Positions 62,995-64,000 of a stretch of 64,000 bases of DNA are shown here, in pieces. The notes under the pieces are model-generated. The model did not search any database and had not been told where the DNA came from. It worked only from the letters and a program-made list of their open reading frames with translations. Each line of letters opens with the position of its first letter. Within the stretch, counting starts at the first letter, position 1. Source of the DNA: an uncultured Verrucomicrobiota bacterium (GTDB lineage: Bacteria > Verrucomicrobiota > Verrucomicrobiia > Limisphaerales > CAIMTB01); the NCBI GenBank assembly GCA_964608505.1, contig CAZSOV010000004.1:4098-68097 (forward strand), read 5' to 3'. The translations under genes were made by a program, and so were the position numbers.

Positions 62995-64000
62995 ATGAAA
63001 TCCCCCTCATCCTCCCTGATCGCCGCGGCGCTGGTCGCGGTCGGATTCGTCGCCCCGGCCACGGATTGGCCCCAGTGGGGCGGCACGGCCCACCGCAACA
63101 TGTACTCGCCGGCGAAGGGTCTGCCGGACCGTTTCGACCCGGGCAAATTCAAGGCCGGGACCGAGGACGTGGACCTTGCCACGACGAAGAACGTGAAGTG
63201 GGTGGCGCGACTGGGCACGCAGAGCTACGGAAATGCCACGATCGCGAACGGCCGGGTCTACGTGGGGACGAACAACGACAATCCCCGGGATCCCCAGCAC
63301 CAGGGGGATCGCTCGGTCGTGATGTGCTTCGACGAGAAGACCGGCGCGCTGCTCTGGCAGTTGGTCGTGCCCAAGCTCAAGTCGGGCAAGGTCAACGACT
63401 GGGAGAACCTCGGCATCCTGAGTTCTCCCAAGATCGAGGGCGACCGCGTGTACCTGGTCACCAGCCGGTGCGAGGTGATCTGCGTCGATGCCAACGGGCT
63501 GGCCAACGGGAATCAGGGGTTTCAGGACGAGGGGGCGTACATGGCGAAGGACACCGGCAAACCGCCGGCCAAACCCGGAGCCAAGGATGCCGACATCATC
63601 TGGGTCTACGACATGATGGATGAGCTCGGCGTGTTTCCGCACAACGCCTCGAACAGCTCCCCGCTGATCGTCGGTGACCTGGTCTATGTCTGCACGTCCA
63701 ACGGACAGGACTGGACCCATGTGAACATTCCGTCGCCGCTTTCCCCCAGCTACATCGCCCTGAACAAGAACACGGGCGAATTTGCGGGCGAAGACGACGC
63801 CGGGATCGGGGCGAAGATCTTCCACGGGCAATGGGCCTCGCCCTCGGCCGGTCAGGTGAAGGGCAAGTGGCAGGTGTTTGCCGGCGGCGGCGACGGCATC
63901 CTCTACGCGCTCGATTCCGAGCCCAAGAAGGCCGAGGACTCGTCGTTCCTGCGCAAGGTCTGGTGGTTCGACGCGAATCCGCCGGAGTACAAGGTCCGGG
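62995..64000 (+). CDS. secreted PQQ-like beta-propeller protein; the 3' end is outside the window
   Basis: Not in the ORF track because there is no stop in the window. My own translation from ATG 62995 gives MKSPSSSLIAAALVAVGFVAPATDWPQWGGTAHRNMYSP...IANGRVYVGTNND...DEKTGALLWQLVVP... and stays open to nt 64000. Confidence 0.85.
   Translation, partial: MKSPSSSLIAAALVAVGFVAPATDWPQWGGTAHRNMYSPAKGLPDRFDPGKFKAGTEDVDLATTKNVKWVARLGTQSYGNATIANGRVYVGTNNDNPRDPQHQGDRSVVMCFDEKTGALLWQLVVPKLKSGKVNDWENLGILSSPKIEGDRVYLVTSRCEVICVDANGLANGNQGFQDEGAYMAKDTGKPPAKPGAKDADIIWVYDMMDELGVFPHNASNSSPLIVGDLVYVCTSNGQDWTHVNIPSPLSPSYIALNKNTGEFAGEDDAGIGAKIFHGQWASPSAGQVKGKWQVFAGGGDGILYALDSEPKKAEDSSFLRKVWWFDANPPEYKVR

Noticed and set aside
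60569-63010. 813-aa minus-strand ORF opposite the PQQ-propeller gene
   Set aside because: Arg/Pro/Gly/His-rich and motif-free. The + strand gene has a signal peptide and repeated propeller blade motifs.
1-64000. rRNA and tRNA genes, tmRNA, RNase P and SRP RNA
   Set aside because: I scanned the intergenic regions by eye for T-loop (GGTTCGAATCC-like) motifs and the conserved tmRNA, RNase P and SRP motifs, and found none. A covariance-model scan (tRNAscan-SE/Infernal) would be needed to be certain.

Overview
High-GC (about 65-68% by eye) bacterial chromosomal segment. It most likely comes from the PVC superphylum (Verrucomicrobiota or Planctomycetota). The evidence for that is two H-X9-DG prepilin-like proteins, two PEP-CTERM-anchored proteins, many secreted glycoside hydrolases and PQQ-type beta-propeller proteins. 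I call about 50 protein genes and found no rRNA, tRNA or CRISPR.

Main blocks, in order:
- Housekeeping and transport genes: a DAACS symporter, a HAD-Nudix fusion translationally coupled to folB, a GH5, a dimethylglycine-dehydrogenase-like enzyme, ispD and a pseudouridine synthase.
- A compositionally distinct two-gene surface-protein unit (16476-17714) that ends in a strong terminator.
- A 12-gene complex I operon (17816-30228) in the order nuoA-B-C-D-I-H-J-K-L-M-M'-N. It has no nuoEFG, a duplicated NuoM, a 700-aa NuoL and a tailed NuoI.
- An L-arabinan/arabinose locus: XylR-like regulator, araA, GH51, ABC transporter and GH127.
- vapBC, a GH31 and a decayed AAA/DUF4143 pseudogene.
- A marR-lnt-aas membrane-lipid cluster.
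- A GH9-like gene coupled to an ECF sigma factor and an RskA-type anti-sigma factor.
- A LOG-family protein, and a MarR regulator next to two PQQ-propeller proteins.

Non-coding highlights are a MITE-like element family with 19-nt terminal inverted repeats and 9-bp target-site duplications (two clean copies and one relic), a 3x ~89-90-bp tandem hairpin repeat that fills a convergent intergenic region, and a ~100-nt strand-specific long hairpin.

The very long Arg/Pro/Gly-rich ORFs in the track are antisense or out-of-frame artefacts of the high GC content.
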